From: Antedon mediterranea
Lineage: Eukaryota > Animalia > Echinodermata
Direction: 5' to 3'
Assembly: GCF_964355755.1 (NCBI RefSeq)
Contig: NC_092677.1
Coordinates: 2,254,101-2,318,100, forward strand
Length of the DNA stretch: 64,000 nt
Of the stretch, positions 1 to 12,476 are shown one piece after another. The notes under the pieces are model-generated. The model ran no database searches. It had not been told where the DNA came from and worked only from the letters and a program-made list of their open reading frames with translations. The stretch's first letter is position 1. Each line of letters begins with the position of its first letter. The translations under genes and the position numbers were made by a program.

Positions 1-466
1 AAGAGCAACAACAATAGATGGTTAAAAACTCAGTGGAATGCGTCTTCTTTTAATGCATTTATTATTGAAATACACGTTTAATTTTAATATATTTTGTCAA
101 TAAAAATGCTGTAACATTTTACTGCTAATAATTTGCTGTTTTCAAATAGCAACCAACCCTAGACCTAAGACTAAAGCCCCTTTCTCACAGAGTTGTGTGC
201 CAGGAACATTGCGGGAATATACCATTACCATGCCGGTATGGTTTTCTGTGAGAACGGGTCGTCTTGGCATCATGCCGGCACCATGCCGGCATCGACATGA
301 CCTGCTTTAGACCTAGTAATATTCTAGGGATATTCCCCGCAATGCCAGACGGGCATTCTGTGAGAACGTATTGCCGTTATATTCCGGGGTTCCCCGTCGA
401 GGCTTTGACACCTTGCGCAGTCAAGTGTATCACTTTGGCGCCTATTCAATTCAATTAACAATAATA

Positions 467-556
467 ATGTCGAACTGGAGGGATAATGAGATAAGAGAGC
501 TGCTTAAAATAAGGGGACAAGAAGAAATTTGTAGCATAATCTATATAGGCCGCTAG
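467..556 (+). pseudogene. Truncated Myb/SANT-like (trihelix) N-terminus, probable relic of the Harbinger DNA-binding protein
   Basis: MSNWRDNEIRELLKIRGQEEI matches the W-x3-E-x3-LL-x-IR first helix; lies just inside the Harbinger TIR. Confidence 0.55.
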
Positions 557-802
557 GCTAGGCCATTAGCTCTTTGTTCAGGTATATAAACTATACCATA
601 CTGGCGAGTAAATCATGTTTTACTTTTTAAACCTCGCAACGTCTGGTTGAAAAGGCTACTCGGACCAATAATTTCTATTAGCCTAGGGGTTATTGCGATT
701 TGGACGTTTCTGATTGGCTGTAGCCATGGACTATATTGATTAACACTGTTCTGATTGGTTGTAGCTTTGAATACATCTTCTCGGAACTCGTCCTTAATAC
801 AA

Positions 803-2345
803 TAGCAATTTAGCACAGTGTTTTACTATATAACCAGATAAATAATAGGAAACATTTAATAATTTGATAAATGACATTTAAATAGCAATTTAGGTAAATG
901 TCTTTTGAAATGAAATTAAATAAATTATAACCAATTTGGTTAGAGTAAAACACAATGATAAAGAATAGGAAACATTTAATAATATGATAAATTACATTTA
1001 CATAGCAATTTAGCACTGTGTTGTACTATAACCAATTTGGTTAGAGTAAAACACAATGATAAAGAATAAGAAACATTTAATAACATGATAAATGACATTT
1101 AGCAATTTAGCACTGTGTTTTACTATAACCAATTTGGTTAGAGTAAAGCACAATGATAAAGAATAGGAAACATTTAATAACATGATAAATGACATTCACA
1201 TAGCAATTTACCACTGTGTTTTACTATAACCAATCAGATTAGAGTAAAACACAATGATAAAGAATAGGAAACATTTAATAATATGATATATAACATTTAC
1301 ATAGCAATTTAGCACTGTGTTTTACTATAACCAATTTGATTAGAGTAAAACACAACGATAAAGAATAGGAAACATTTAATAACATGATAAATTACATTTA
1401 CATAGCAATTTATCACTGTGTTTTACTATAACCAATTTGGTTAGAGTAAAACACAATGATAAAGAATAGGAAACATTTAATAATATGATAAATTACATTT
1501 ACATAGCAATTTATCACTGTGTTTTACTATAACCAATTTGGTTAGAGTAAAACACAATGATAAAGAATAAGAAACATTTAATAACATGATAAATGACATT
1601 TACATAGCAATTTAGCACTGTGTTTTACTATAACCAATTTGGTTAGAGTAAAGCACAATGATAAAGAATAGGAAACATTTAATAACATGATAAATGACAT
1701 TCACATAGCAATTTAGCACTGTGTTTTACTATAACCAATCAGATTAGAGTAAAACACAATGATAAAGAATAGGAAACATTTAATAATATGATATATAACA
1801 TTTACATAGCAATTTAGCACTGTGTTTTACTATAACCAATTTGATTAGAGTAAAACTCAACGATAAAGAATAGGAAACATTTAATAACATGATAAATTAC
1901 ATTTACATAGCAATTTATCACTGTGTTTTACTATAACCAATTTGGTTAGAGTAAAACACAATGATAAAGAATAGGAAACATTTAATAATATGATAAATTA
2001 CATTTACATAGCAATTTATCACTGTGTTTTACTATAACCAATTTGGTTAGAGTAAAACACAATGATAAAGAATAGGAATTTAATAATATGATATATAACA
2101 TTTACATAGCAATTTAGCACTGTGTTTTACTATAACCAATTTGGTTATGGTAAAGCACAATGATAAAGAATAGGAAACATTTAAAAATATGATAAATGAC
2201 ATTCACATAGCAATTTAGCACTGTGTTTTACTATACCAATTTGATTAGAGTAAAACACAATGATAAAGAATATGAAACATTTAATAATATGATAAGTTGC
2301 TAGCACTGTGTTTTACTATACCAATTTAGTTTTGGATAAAGAATA
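803..2345 (+). repeat. 101-bp satellite array, ~15 copies, with an internal 39-bp hairpin
   Basis: tagcaattt recurs at 1201, 1302, 1403; core tgtgttttactataaccaatttggttagagtaaaacaca is near-palindromic; the caatcaga variant recurs 505 bp apart (1231, 1736). Confidence 0.95.
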
Positions 2346-2718
2346 TGAATTTAAAGAATGGATATAATATGATATGATACAATATGATTTTCTCCCAATT
2401 AGTAAGACATTTTGGAATACTGCGTGCGTAGTGCACCTAACAAGATCATGTTCGCTATTTAAAACTCACATTTTAAAACCGTAAACGCATAAATTTGCGG
2501 ACATACTCGTAAAACACACTTCCAGAGATTTAATAATTTTAACAGTACTACAAAATCCATAATATAAAGTAGTATAGATTTGTACAAAAAGAGCAGAACA
2601 ATTAAATTAACTGTCATTACATCTACTGAACTGTCTCATTACATCTACTGAAAAATTCATCGCGATGAATTTATTTATAATACACCAATCAGATCACACG
2701 CAATTAGTATGGAATGCC

Positions 2719-3650
2719 AGTTTAGGCGATGATAAAATCGCGTCGATGATGCAATGAAAATTGCGTCGATGTGATGAAAATTGCGTCGATGAATATAGTA
2801 TTGATGTAATGATGTGATGAACATTGCGTCGATGAAAATTGCGTCGATGTAATGAAAATTGCGTTAATGTGATGAAAATTGCGTCGATGAAAATTGCGTC
2901 GATGAAAACTGCATCGATGAAAACTGCATCGATGAAAAAAAAAATAATTTTCATCGATGCAGTTTTCATCGATGAAAATTGCGATCTCCCTGCCGGTATG
3001 ATTTGAATATGATGTCATGGATGCTGGACATCTGGATTTTATGTACTGAACTGGTGGATTAACGGAAGCAATTAGCTAGAAGATATAATGTGTCCGAAAG
3101 GACAATAATGGATCCATTGCTAAAATGTGTTGACAATAAATCACTAAAATGTTAATCAGTGCATATATTTCAACATTGTTTTAGTGCGCGATCACTGCGC
3201 GCTTGTCTATAACGCGCGCTAGCGCAAGCGGTAAACATGTTTATCATATCAAAATATTCAGAAACCGTCAATTTTTAGCAACATAATAACATTATTAACA
3301 TCATTATTAACATCATCATTTACTTTACTAGTAGTCATTTTCATCATTGATTGAATTAAAACCATTTGGAATTTTTATAATCAATTAAATTCATCACATC
3401 AATTTTCATCGATGCAGTTTTCATCGACGCAATTTTCATCGATGCAGTTTTCATCGACGCAATTTTCATCGATGCAGTTTTCATCGACGCAATTTTCATC
3501 GACGCAATTTTCATCGATGCAATTTTCATCGACGCAATGTAAATTGCGTCGACGCAATCTACATTGCATCGACGCAATCTACATTGCGTCGATGCAATTT
3601 TCATCGACGCAATTTCATCATCGACGCAATTTTTATCATCGCCAAAAACT
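2719..3650. mobile_element. Small foldback-like element with arms built from a 15-bp repeat (gatgaaaattgcgtc)
   Basis: ggcgatgataaaatcgcgtcgatgatg near 2725 versus catcatcgacgcaatttttatcatcgcc near 3616-3643; 15-mer arrays at ~2740-2935 (+) and ~3390-3625 (-). Confidence 0.75.
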
Positions 3651-4279
3651 TGTGTAAAACGGCGTTCCAGAAGTGACGAATCGCATATTCGCCGTTTATT
3701 GTTGAGGCGCGTAAACAGTGTGCGCAATGCACGTTTTCTTCCCATGACGAGACGAATCGATATTCGACTCTTCGTGTGACGAATAATCGTCAAATTATAA
3801 TTAATATAATTAATTAATGAAATAAGATACGCAGTTGATGTTTGCATCAATTGTTCTTTAGAATAAATACTTTCGAAATACAAAACAAAAAATGTGTGGT
3901 GAGTGACGATATGTTCAATCATGGACCTATAAATTACTAATTTATAGGTCCATGATTCAATATCTGTAGCTTCAATTCAAACATAATGTAACAGAAAATT
4001 TGAAGCGTAAAAAACGTTCGTTTACACAACACTTTTTTTTATACTTTATTATTGATTATTATATTATACAGGAATACTATTTATTTCCTCATTTCTACCC
4101 AAGAATAAACAATTTTTGGATACAAAACTTTATGTGAATTACATTACCAAAATATTAAAACGAGGATAAAAAAACATCGCGTAAAATACTCGTACTCAAA
4201 AGCTTCTGAAATTTGTAGATATATGTCATGAAAAAGAAATTTGACATTCCCAATAATTTTTTTTGGCAAAAATGTAATA

Positions 4280-6122
4280 TATGAAACATACAATTTACAT
4301 AGTTTATCATTGTTTTTTATTAGAACCAATATGGTTACACAGTTAAACATAGTGATAAAGAATAGATACTTGTTAGGTTACTACCCTACCCTCTAGTTTG
4401 AAGCGACATTATAAATTCATCGAGAAAAAAAACGTATCATATTCAGAAACGTTTGACATTTTGTATAGATATGTTCAATAAGACAAAACAAATTATAAAT
4501 TTCAAGACAAATCGATGATTTCCATTATTTGCATTTCACAAAATTCACACTTATGAAAGACCATACATTTTCAACATTTCCTTTTTTCTGTGTACCGAGT
4601 TTAGAAACTTTTTGAATACCAGACGTATTTTTTTGTGATGCTTTTTCATTTGAATTGTAGTATAAAATGTCATTGAAACGAGATAAAAATCATACAAGAC
4701 ATGTTATAATAGGTTGCTCTATATACATAACAAAATTAGTTCTTTTTTTTGGTAAGAAACGCCAATGAAGTAGAAAGTTATTTCAGATGTAGTGTGCATT
4801 TATACGTCATTAATAGTAGGCCTAAAATATAATATTAAATATTATAAAGAATATCAAACATTTTATGTTATGAAAAATAAAATTGACATATAAGTTTATC
4901 ATTGTGTTTTACTATAACCATTTTGGTTAAAAGTTAAACACAGTGAGTGATAAAGAATAGAACTGTTTTAGTTTATTTAACCCTAACCCTAGTTTGAAGC
5001 GATCACATATTTAATATTCATCGCTAAAAATACGTATCGTCTTGAAAAACGTTTGATATTTGGTAGATATGTTCAATATAGGTTCTTACATCTATAATGC
5101 AAAAGAAATATCCTAATAGTTTTATTTTGATTTCTGAGAATCATCAATGAAGTAAAAATGTGTTGGAAATGTATTGTCTTTCATAAGTGTAAATGTTTAG
5201 AAATGCAAATTATTAAAATCACGAATTTGTCTTGAAACTTTTATTTTTTGTTTGTTTTATAGACGTAAGAACCTATTGAACATTTTATTTACCAAATTTC
5301 AAATGTTTCTGAATACGATACGTATTTTTTCGCGATGAATTAAGTATGTGATCGCTTCAAACTAGGGTTAGAGTTATATAACCTAAAACAGTGTCTATTC
5401 TTTATCATTGTGTTTAACTGTGTAACCAAATTGGTTCTGTAAAACAAGATGATAAACTATGTAACTTGTATTTATTATTATTACATTATATGTATCCTAT
5501 AATGTAATATGAAAAATAAAATGTACATAGTTTATCATTGTGTTGTACTAAAACCAATTTGGTTAAAAGTTAAACACAGTGTTAAAGAATGAACTGTTAG
5601 GTTATTTAACCCTAACCCTAGTTTGAAGCGATCACATACTTAATTCATCGATAAAAATACGTATCGTCTTAAAAAACGTTTGAAATTTGGTACATGTTCA
5701 ATATAGGTTCTTACATCTATAATGTAAAAGAAATATCATAATTTGTTTTATTTTGATTTCTGGGAATCATCAATGAAGTAAAAATGTGTTGGAAAATGTA
5801 TGGTATTTCATAAGTGTACATTTTTAGAAATGCAAATTATTAAAATCACGAATTTTTTGTGAAATTTATATTTTTTGTTTGTTTTATAGACGTAAGAACC
5901 TATTAAACATATCTAACAAATTTCAAAAGTTTCTAAATACGATACGTACTTTTTCGCGATGAATTTATTATGTCGCTTCAAACTAGGGTTAGGGTTATAT
6001 AACCTAAAACAGTATCTATTCTTTATCACTGTGTTAACTGTGTCACCAAATTGGTTCTGTAAAACAAGATGATAAACTATGTAACTTGTATTTATTATAT
6101 TATTACATTATATGTATCCTAT
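4280..6122. repeat. Two to three tandem ~640-bp units, each an imperfect palindrome with ~200-bp arms
   Basis: atgaaaaataaaat starts at 4870 and 5509; arms contain aaccctagtttgaagcgatcaca / tgtgatcgcttcaaactagggtt; a more diverged copy starts near 4280. Confidence 0.8.
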
Positions 6123-6149
6123 TCTTTTCATAACGTTTAGATAATAAGA

Positions 6150-9100
6150 TATGTTTAATATAATATTTTGCTATGTAAATAATATCATATAATAAATGTT
6201 TCATTATCATTGTGTTTTACTGTAACCAAATTGGCTATAGTAAAACACAATACTAAATTTGTATGTAAATGTATCATATTATTATATGTTTCCTATTCTT
6301 AATTTGTGTTTTACTGTATCCAGCACAGTGCTAAATATCATTTATCATAGTTAAAATGTTTTACTCTAACCAAATTGGTTATAGTAAAACACAGTGATAA
6401 ATTACTATGTAAATGTCATTTATCATATTATTAAATGTTTCATATTCTTTATCATTGTGCTTTACTCTAATCAAATTGGTTATAGTAAAACACAGTGCTA
6501 AATTTCTATGTGAATGTCATTTATCATGTTATTAAATGTTTCCTATTCTTTATCATTGTGTTTTACTCTAACCAAATTGGTTATAGTAAAACACAGTGCT
6601 AAATTGCTATGTAATGACATTTATCATATTATTAAATGTTTCCTATTCTATATCATTGTGCTTTACCATAACCAAATTGGTTATAGTAAAATATGGTGCT
6701 AAATTGCTATGTAAATAATCATTATTATTAAATGTTTCCTATTCTATATCATTGTGCTACTTTACCATAACCAAATTGGTTATAGTAAAACACAGTGATA
6801 AATTGCTATGTAAATGTCATTTATCATATTATTAAATGTTTCCTATTCTTTATCATTATGTTTTACTTTAACCAAATTGGTTATAGTAAAACACAGTGCT
6901 AAATTGCTATGTAAATGTCATTTATCATATTATTAAATGTTTCCTATTCTATATCATTGTGTTTTACCATAACCAAATTGGTTATAGTAAAACACAGTGA
7001 TAAATTGCTATGTAAATGTCATTTATCATATTATTAAATGTTTCCTATTCTATATCATTGTGTTTTACTATAACCAAATTGGTTGTAGTAAAACACAGTG
7101 CTAAATTGCTATGTAAATAATCATTATTATTAAATATTTCCTATTCTTTATCATTGTGTTTTACTCTAACCAAATTGGTTATAGTAAAACACAGTGCTAA
7201 ATTGCTATGTAAATGTCATATATCATATTATTAAATTCCTATTCTTTATCATTCTACTTTACTTTAACCAAATTGGTTATAGTAAAACACAGTGCTAAAT
7301 TGCTATGTAAATGTCATTTATCATATTATTAAGTGTTTCCTATTCTTTATCATTGTGTTTTACTTTAACCAAATTGGTTATAGTAAAACACAGTGCTAAA
7401 TTGCTATGTAAATGTCATTTATCAAATTATTAAATGTTTCCTATTCTATATCATTGTGTTTTACTCTAACTAAATTGGTTATAGTAAAACACAGTGCTAA
7501 ATTGCTATGTGAATGTCATATATCATATTATTAAATGTTTCCTATTCTTTATCATTGTGTTTTACTATAACCAAATTGGTTATAGTAAAACACAGTGCTA
7601 AATTGCTATGTAAATAATTATTATTAAATGTTTCCTATTCTTTATCATTGTGTTTTACTCTAACCAAATTGGTTATAGTAAAACACAGTGCTAAATTGCT
7701 ATGTGAATGTCATATATCATATTATTAAATGTTTCCTATTCTTTATCATTGTGTTTTACTATAACCAAATTGGTTATAGTAAAACACAGTGCTAAATTGC
7801 TATGTAAATAATTATTATTAAATGTTTCCTATTCTTTATCATTGTGTTTTACTCTAACCAAATTGGTTATAGTAAAACACAGTGATAAATTGCTATGTAA
7901 ATGTCATTTATCATATTATTAAATGTTTCCTATTCTATATCATTGTGTTTTACTATAACCAAATTGGTTATAGTAAAACACAGTGCTAAATTGCTATGTA
8001 AATAATCATTATTATTAAATATTTCCTATTCTTTATCATTGTGTTTTACTCTAACCAAATTGGTTATAGTAAAACACAGCGCTAAATTGCTATGTAAATG
8101 TCATATATCAAATTATTAAATTCCTATTCTTTATCATTCTGCTTTACTTTAACCAAATTGGTTATAGTAAAACACAGTGCTAAATTGCTATGTAAATGTC
8201 ATTTATCATATTATTAAGTGTTTCCTATTCTTTATCATTGTGTTTTACTTTAACCAAATTGGTTATAGTAAAACACAGTGCTAAATTGCCATGTAAATGT
8301 CATTTATCAAATTATTAAATGTTTCCTATTCTATATCATTGTGTTTTACTCTAACTAAATTGGTTATAGTAAAACACAGTGCTAAATTGCTATGTGAATG
8401 TCATATATCATATTATTAAATGTTTCCTATTCTTTATCATTGTGTTTTACTATAACCAAATTGGTTATAGTAAAACACAGTGCTAAATTGCTATGTAAAT
8501 AATTATTATTAAATGTTTCCTATTCTTTATCATTGTGTTTTACTCTAACCAAATTGGTTATAGTAAAACACAGTGATAAATTGCTATGTAAATGTCATTT
8601 ATCATATTATTAAATGTTTCCTATTCTATATCATTGTGTTTTACTATAACCAAATTGGTTATAGTAAAACACAGTGCTAAATTGCTATGTAAATAATAAT
8701 TATTATTAAATGTTTCCTATTCTTTATCATTGTGTTTTACTCTAACCAAATTGGTTATAGTAAAACACAGTGCTAAATTGCTATGTAAATGTCATATATC
8801 ATATTATTAAATTCCTATTCTTTATCATTCTGCTTTACTTTAACCAAATTGGTTATAGTAAAACACAGTGCTAAATTGCTATGTAAATGTCATTTATCAT
8901 ATTATTAAGTGTTTCCTATTCTTTATCATTGTGTTTTACTTTAACCAAATTGGTTTTAGTAAAACACAGTGCTAAATTGCTATGTAAATGTCATTTATCA
9001 AATTATTAAATGTTTCCTATTCTATATCATTGTGTTTTACTCTAACCAAATTGGTTATAGTAAAACACAGTGCTAAATTGCTATGTGAATGTCATATATC

Positions 9101-9471
9101 ATATTATTAAATGTTTCCTATTCTTTATCATTGTGTTTTACTCTAACCAAATTGGTTATAGTAAAACACAGTGCTAAATTGCTATGTAAATGTCATATAT
9201 CATATTATTAAATTCCTATTCTTTATCATTCTGCTTTACTTTAACCAAATTGTTTATAGTAAAACACAGTGCTAAATTGCTATGTAAATGTCATTTATCA
9301 TATTATTAAATGTTGCCTATTCTATATCATTGTGTTTTACTCTAACCAAATTGGTTATAGTAAAACACAGTGATAAATTGCTATGTAATGACATTTATCA
9401 TATTATTAAATGTTTCCTATTCTTTATCATTGTGTTTTACTCTAACCAAATTGGTTATTGTAAAACACAGT
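6150..9471 (-). repeat. Same 101-bp satellite in inverted orientation, ~30 copies (some shorter ~95-bp variants)
   Basis: Unit aaattgctatgtaaatgtcatttatcatattattaaatgtttcctattctttatcattgtgttttactctaaccaaattggttatagtaaaacacagtgct is the reverse complement of the left array. Confidence 0.95.
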
Positions 9472-10965
9472 ATATTTTACCTCAACAACATCGCCGCAAA
9501 ATTGTTTATACGTTTATTTTGATTGGCTAACTAAAGTACGGTCTAATGAATATTGATATCAGAAGATTCCCTAGCTTAGTGAAAAAATTTTATTACCAAA
9601 AATATGCTGATTACGTCATTACCGGAAGTTGTAGTCTAGCATGATGCAGACGCAATTGATTATGTACGTTTGTTAAACATATAAAAAGCTGTAAATTACC
9701 ACAAAACGACAATAGGAAAGAATTCAAAGAAATGCCCTACGTGTTCAAAATCATTGTTTTAATATAGTCTGTATGTATAACTAACAATTGACCTTGTGGA
9801 AGAGCGTATAAATTTAATTTAAAGTAAAACATGATTTACTCGCCAATTTGGTATTGGATATATAGCTCCTTTGTTTGTTGGTGCCTGACCTTTCGTCGCC
9901 TTGTAAATTGTAGGCCTACAGCCTTCTAATTAAGGTGTTTTACAGATTGCCGATGACGGCAAATTAATTGCTATACCTGTATAATATATGCACAATATAC
10001 TGTACATAGCATGTATTGCATAAATATGCTATAAAGGAAGATAATAATCTGTAACTTAACATTCGCCGCCATATCATCGCTAGACAAAAACAATAACAAT
10101 AAAGGGCGCCCTCAATAATTATTTTGTCAGAGACTTTTTATTGGCCGAATATGCCCGACTCCTTTCTCACAGAAAGCCGGTATATACCGGTTATATTTCC
10201 GGCACGATAGTCCGATGAGAATGGGTATATGCCGGTAACGATACCGGCACGACGCCAGCACTGTACCGGTATATTGCAGGCACATCTGTGAGAAAGGGGC
10301 TTAAGAGTAAGACTAAGTAAGAGGAATATTATTTAGATCAGGTATACCCCTACAGTACATGTAATATGATGATGAATTTGTCGATTTTCATTCCTAAAAG
10401 TTCCTGCAAAAACCATGTACAGTATCAACAGTAATATTTTTGTTGCATTGACATTGACAAAATATGATAAAATTGAACGTAATTTTCACCAATAAATGCA
10501 TTAAATATACGCAATTTATTGAGTTTTTAGCCCTCTATTATGATTGCTCTTTTGGCGCTCCATAGAAACAACAACATTGAACATGGAGTATGCGAAATTC
10601 ACGAACCGATGTGCGAGAAACACGTCTGTAAATTCATCAATTTAAAGGATTTATTTTTTACTTTTTGTGTGATCTCCTTCGTAAAAATATTTTTGAGGCC
10701 TAATTCTAAGGTTTGGTACTCACGATAAAGTTACTTAACCAATTTTGAGTCGAAATAAACGACAGGTGCGAAACGGAACTAAGCAGCAGCAGTACTCTAC
10801 TACTACTTAGAGTAGTAGGGCTAGGTAGGCCTAGCCTATTACCTAGTAGTAGTAGTCCCAGCCAGGCCGTCTTCTGTCAGTCTTCTATTTAGTAGGCCTA
10901 TATGCTAGAGAAAGGCTTTTAGGCCTAGCTAGGCTAGTACTAGTAGTATAGTAGTAGTATCACGG

Positions 10966-11744
10966 GGATATGACCGGTTGGGCCGCCCAGTGCGTCTTTT
11001 ACGACATTTCGCGTAGTGATAGAGTGGTGTCCTAGTACATAAGTTCATGGTCTTTAGGTTTATTGTGTCATGAAAATAAATAATAATTACATACTACAAT
11101 TTTGTTGGTTTGAACCGCCATACACAGCAAAGGAAAGTAGTCATATTTAATAATTTAATTGTTTTTAATCTTTCAAGGTAAAAATGCACTCCATAATATT
11201 TTTCTCGTGTGTATGCCTACCACGTAAAATCACGTTGTTTCTCATGACTAATAGAGTATTGATATTCTTCGAATAAATAGTTATTATTTTTTATTTACTA
11301 TCTTTTAATATCATATTTTATTGAATTTTACAATGTTAATACACAAAATATTTTACTAAAAAACGGTGATTTTATGCAATTATTTTACCGAAAAATGGAG
11401 TTGGCCTTGTTCATACAACTGCCGCCGTCTGAGGGGGCAACATGTTTACGTAATTTTTGGCTAAAAACGATCATTTTCGGTCATGTTTTAGGCCTTATAT
11501 TTTGGAATCTACCAAGTCAGATATTCATAATTATTTCTCTTTAATTATAATATTTAATAATATATACTAAAAACCGTGATATATAAACTTTGGAATATAC
11601 ATCGTTATATCTAATAAGTAATATAAATAGAACTTCTATTAAATAGAAACGAGCACCGGCGAAAGTAAGCATTTGGCGTTTCATAGAAAATAACGTTTTT
11701 CTGGCGGCGGCTCAACTTGTCGGCGGCTCAACTTGGCCTAATCC
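10966..11744. mobile_element. Non-autonomous Mutator/MULE-like element, 779 bp
   Basis: Perfect 9-bp TSD gtatcacgg at 10957-10965 and 11745-11753; imperfect TIR ggatatgaccggttgggccgcc / ggcggctcaacttggcctaatcc. Confidence 0.8.
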
Positions 11745-12028
11745 GTATCACGGATACGGGCTTCCTTACTATACTGTAGTGTAGGCTATACATTTTTAGG
11801 CAAAGCGGTACATAAGCTACGCCTTTGTTTGTAGTCATGCATACTCGTCTCTCAGTCTCATAATAATTTAATGTGTGATTTGCATATTTTGAACCAAAAA
11901 CTATAAATTTCTAACAAGAAAAGACGCAATGAATACATCATATCAGTACTTCTTTAATTTTTCGCAAATGTATCAAATTATGTGAGTACTGTACAGTTGT
12001 GAGTAAATTACGCATTTAACATGAATTT

Positions 12029-12397
12029 AGGCGTTAATAACCGATGGCCGCAATGGCCAGCTCGGTGCTAGGCGTTGATAACCGATGGCCGCAATGGCCA
12101 GCTCGGTGCTAGGCGTTGATAACCGATGGCCGCAATGGCCGGCTCGGTGCTAGGCGTTGATAACCGATGGCCGCAATAGCCGGCTCGGTGCTAGGCGTTG
12201 ATAACCGATGGCCGCAATGGCCGGCTCGGTGCTAGGCGTTGATAACCGATAGCCGCAATGGCCGGCTCGGTGCTAGGCGTTGATAACCGATGGCCGCAAT
12301 GGCCGGCTCGGTGCTAGGCGTTGATAACCGATAGCCGCAATGGCCGGCTCGGTGCTAGGCGTTGATAACCGATGGCCGCAATGTCCGGCTCGGTGCT
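12029..12397 (+). repeat. GC-rich 41-bp minisatellite, 9 copies
   Basis: aggcgttgataaccgatggccgcaatggccggctcggtgct repeated head to tail with no spacers. Confidence 0.95.
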
Positions 12398-12476
12398 AGA
12401 TTACCTGTTGCATCCATATAGTTACAGTTATGAGTTTGTTAAATGTATTAAAATATTATTATTTTCATTTTAACAG

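Larger units (their letters stand above)
593..9854. mobile_element. Second nested TIR element (superfamily unassigned)
   Basis: ataccatactggcgagtaaatcatgttttacttt at 593-626 versus aaagtaaaacatgatttactcgccaatttggtat at 9821-9854 (34 bp, 2 mismatches); tatata-rich flanks. Confidence 0.8.
176..10301. mobile_element. PIF/Harbinger-type DNA transposon derivative carrying nested insertions
   Basis: TIR agccc(c)tttctcacaga at 176 and tctgtgagaaaggggct ending 10301; TAA duplicated at 173-175 and 10302-10304 inside a ctaaga-like repeat; GC-rich subterminal ccggta/ccggca motifs at both ends. Confidence 0.85.
1..10565. mobile_element. Outer inverted-repeat (MITE-like) element, ~450 bp once the insertion is removed; left end just outside the window
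   Basis: Bases 1-120 are an imperfect reverse complement of ~10430-10552 (aagagcaa...aaaaactca...taatgcatttatt...tattttgtcaat). Confidence 0.7.

Noticed and set aside
3356-3922. 188-aa ORF in the foldback loop as a possible transposase
   Set aside because: Largely (ASMKI)n from the 15-bp repeat; no catalytic motif
4978-6000. Interstitial telomere
   Set aside because: Only about two TTAGGG units at a time, embedded in a repeat arm
11900-12000. Candidate upstream exon for the plus-strand gene (gtgagt donors at 11982 and 11999)
   Set aside because: Splicing to 12477 creates an in-frame T|AG stop; no compatible frame found
12029-12397. Possible CRISPR array (41-bp GC-rich repeats)
   Set aside because: Head-to-tail copies with no unique spacers, no cas genes, eukaryotic context
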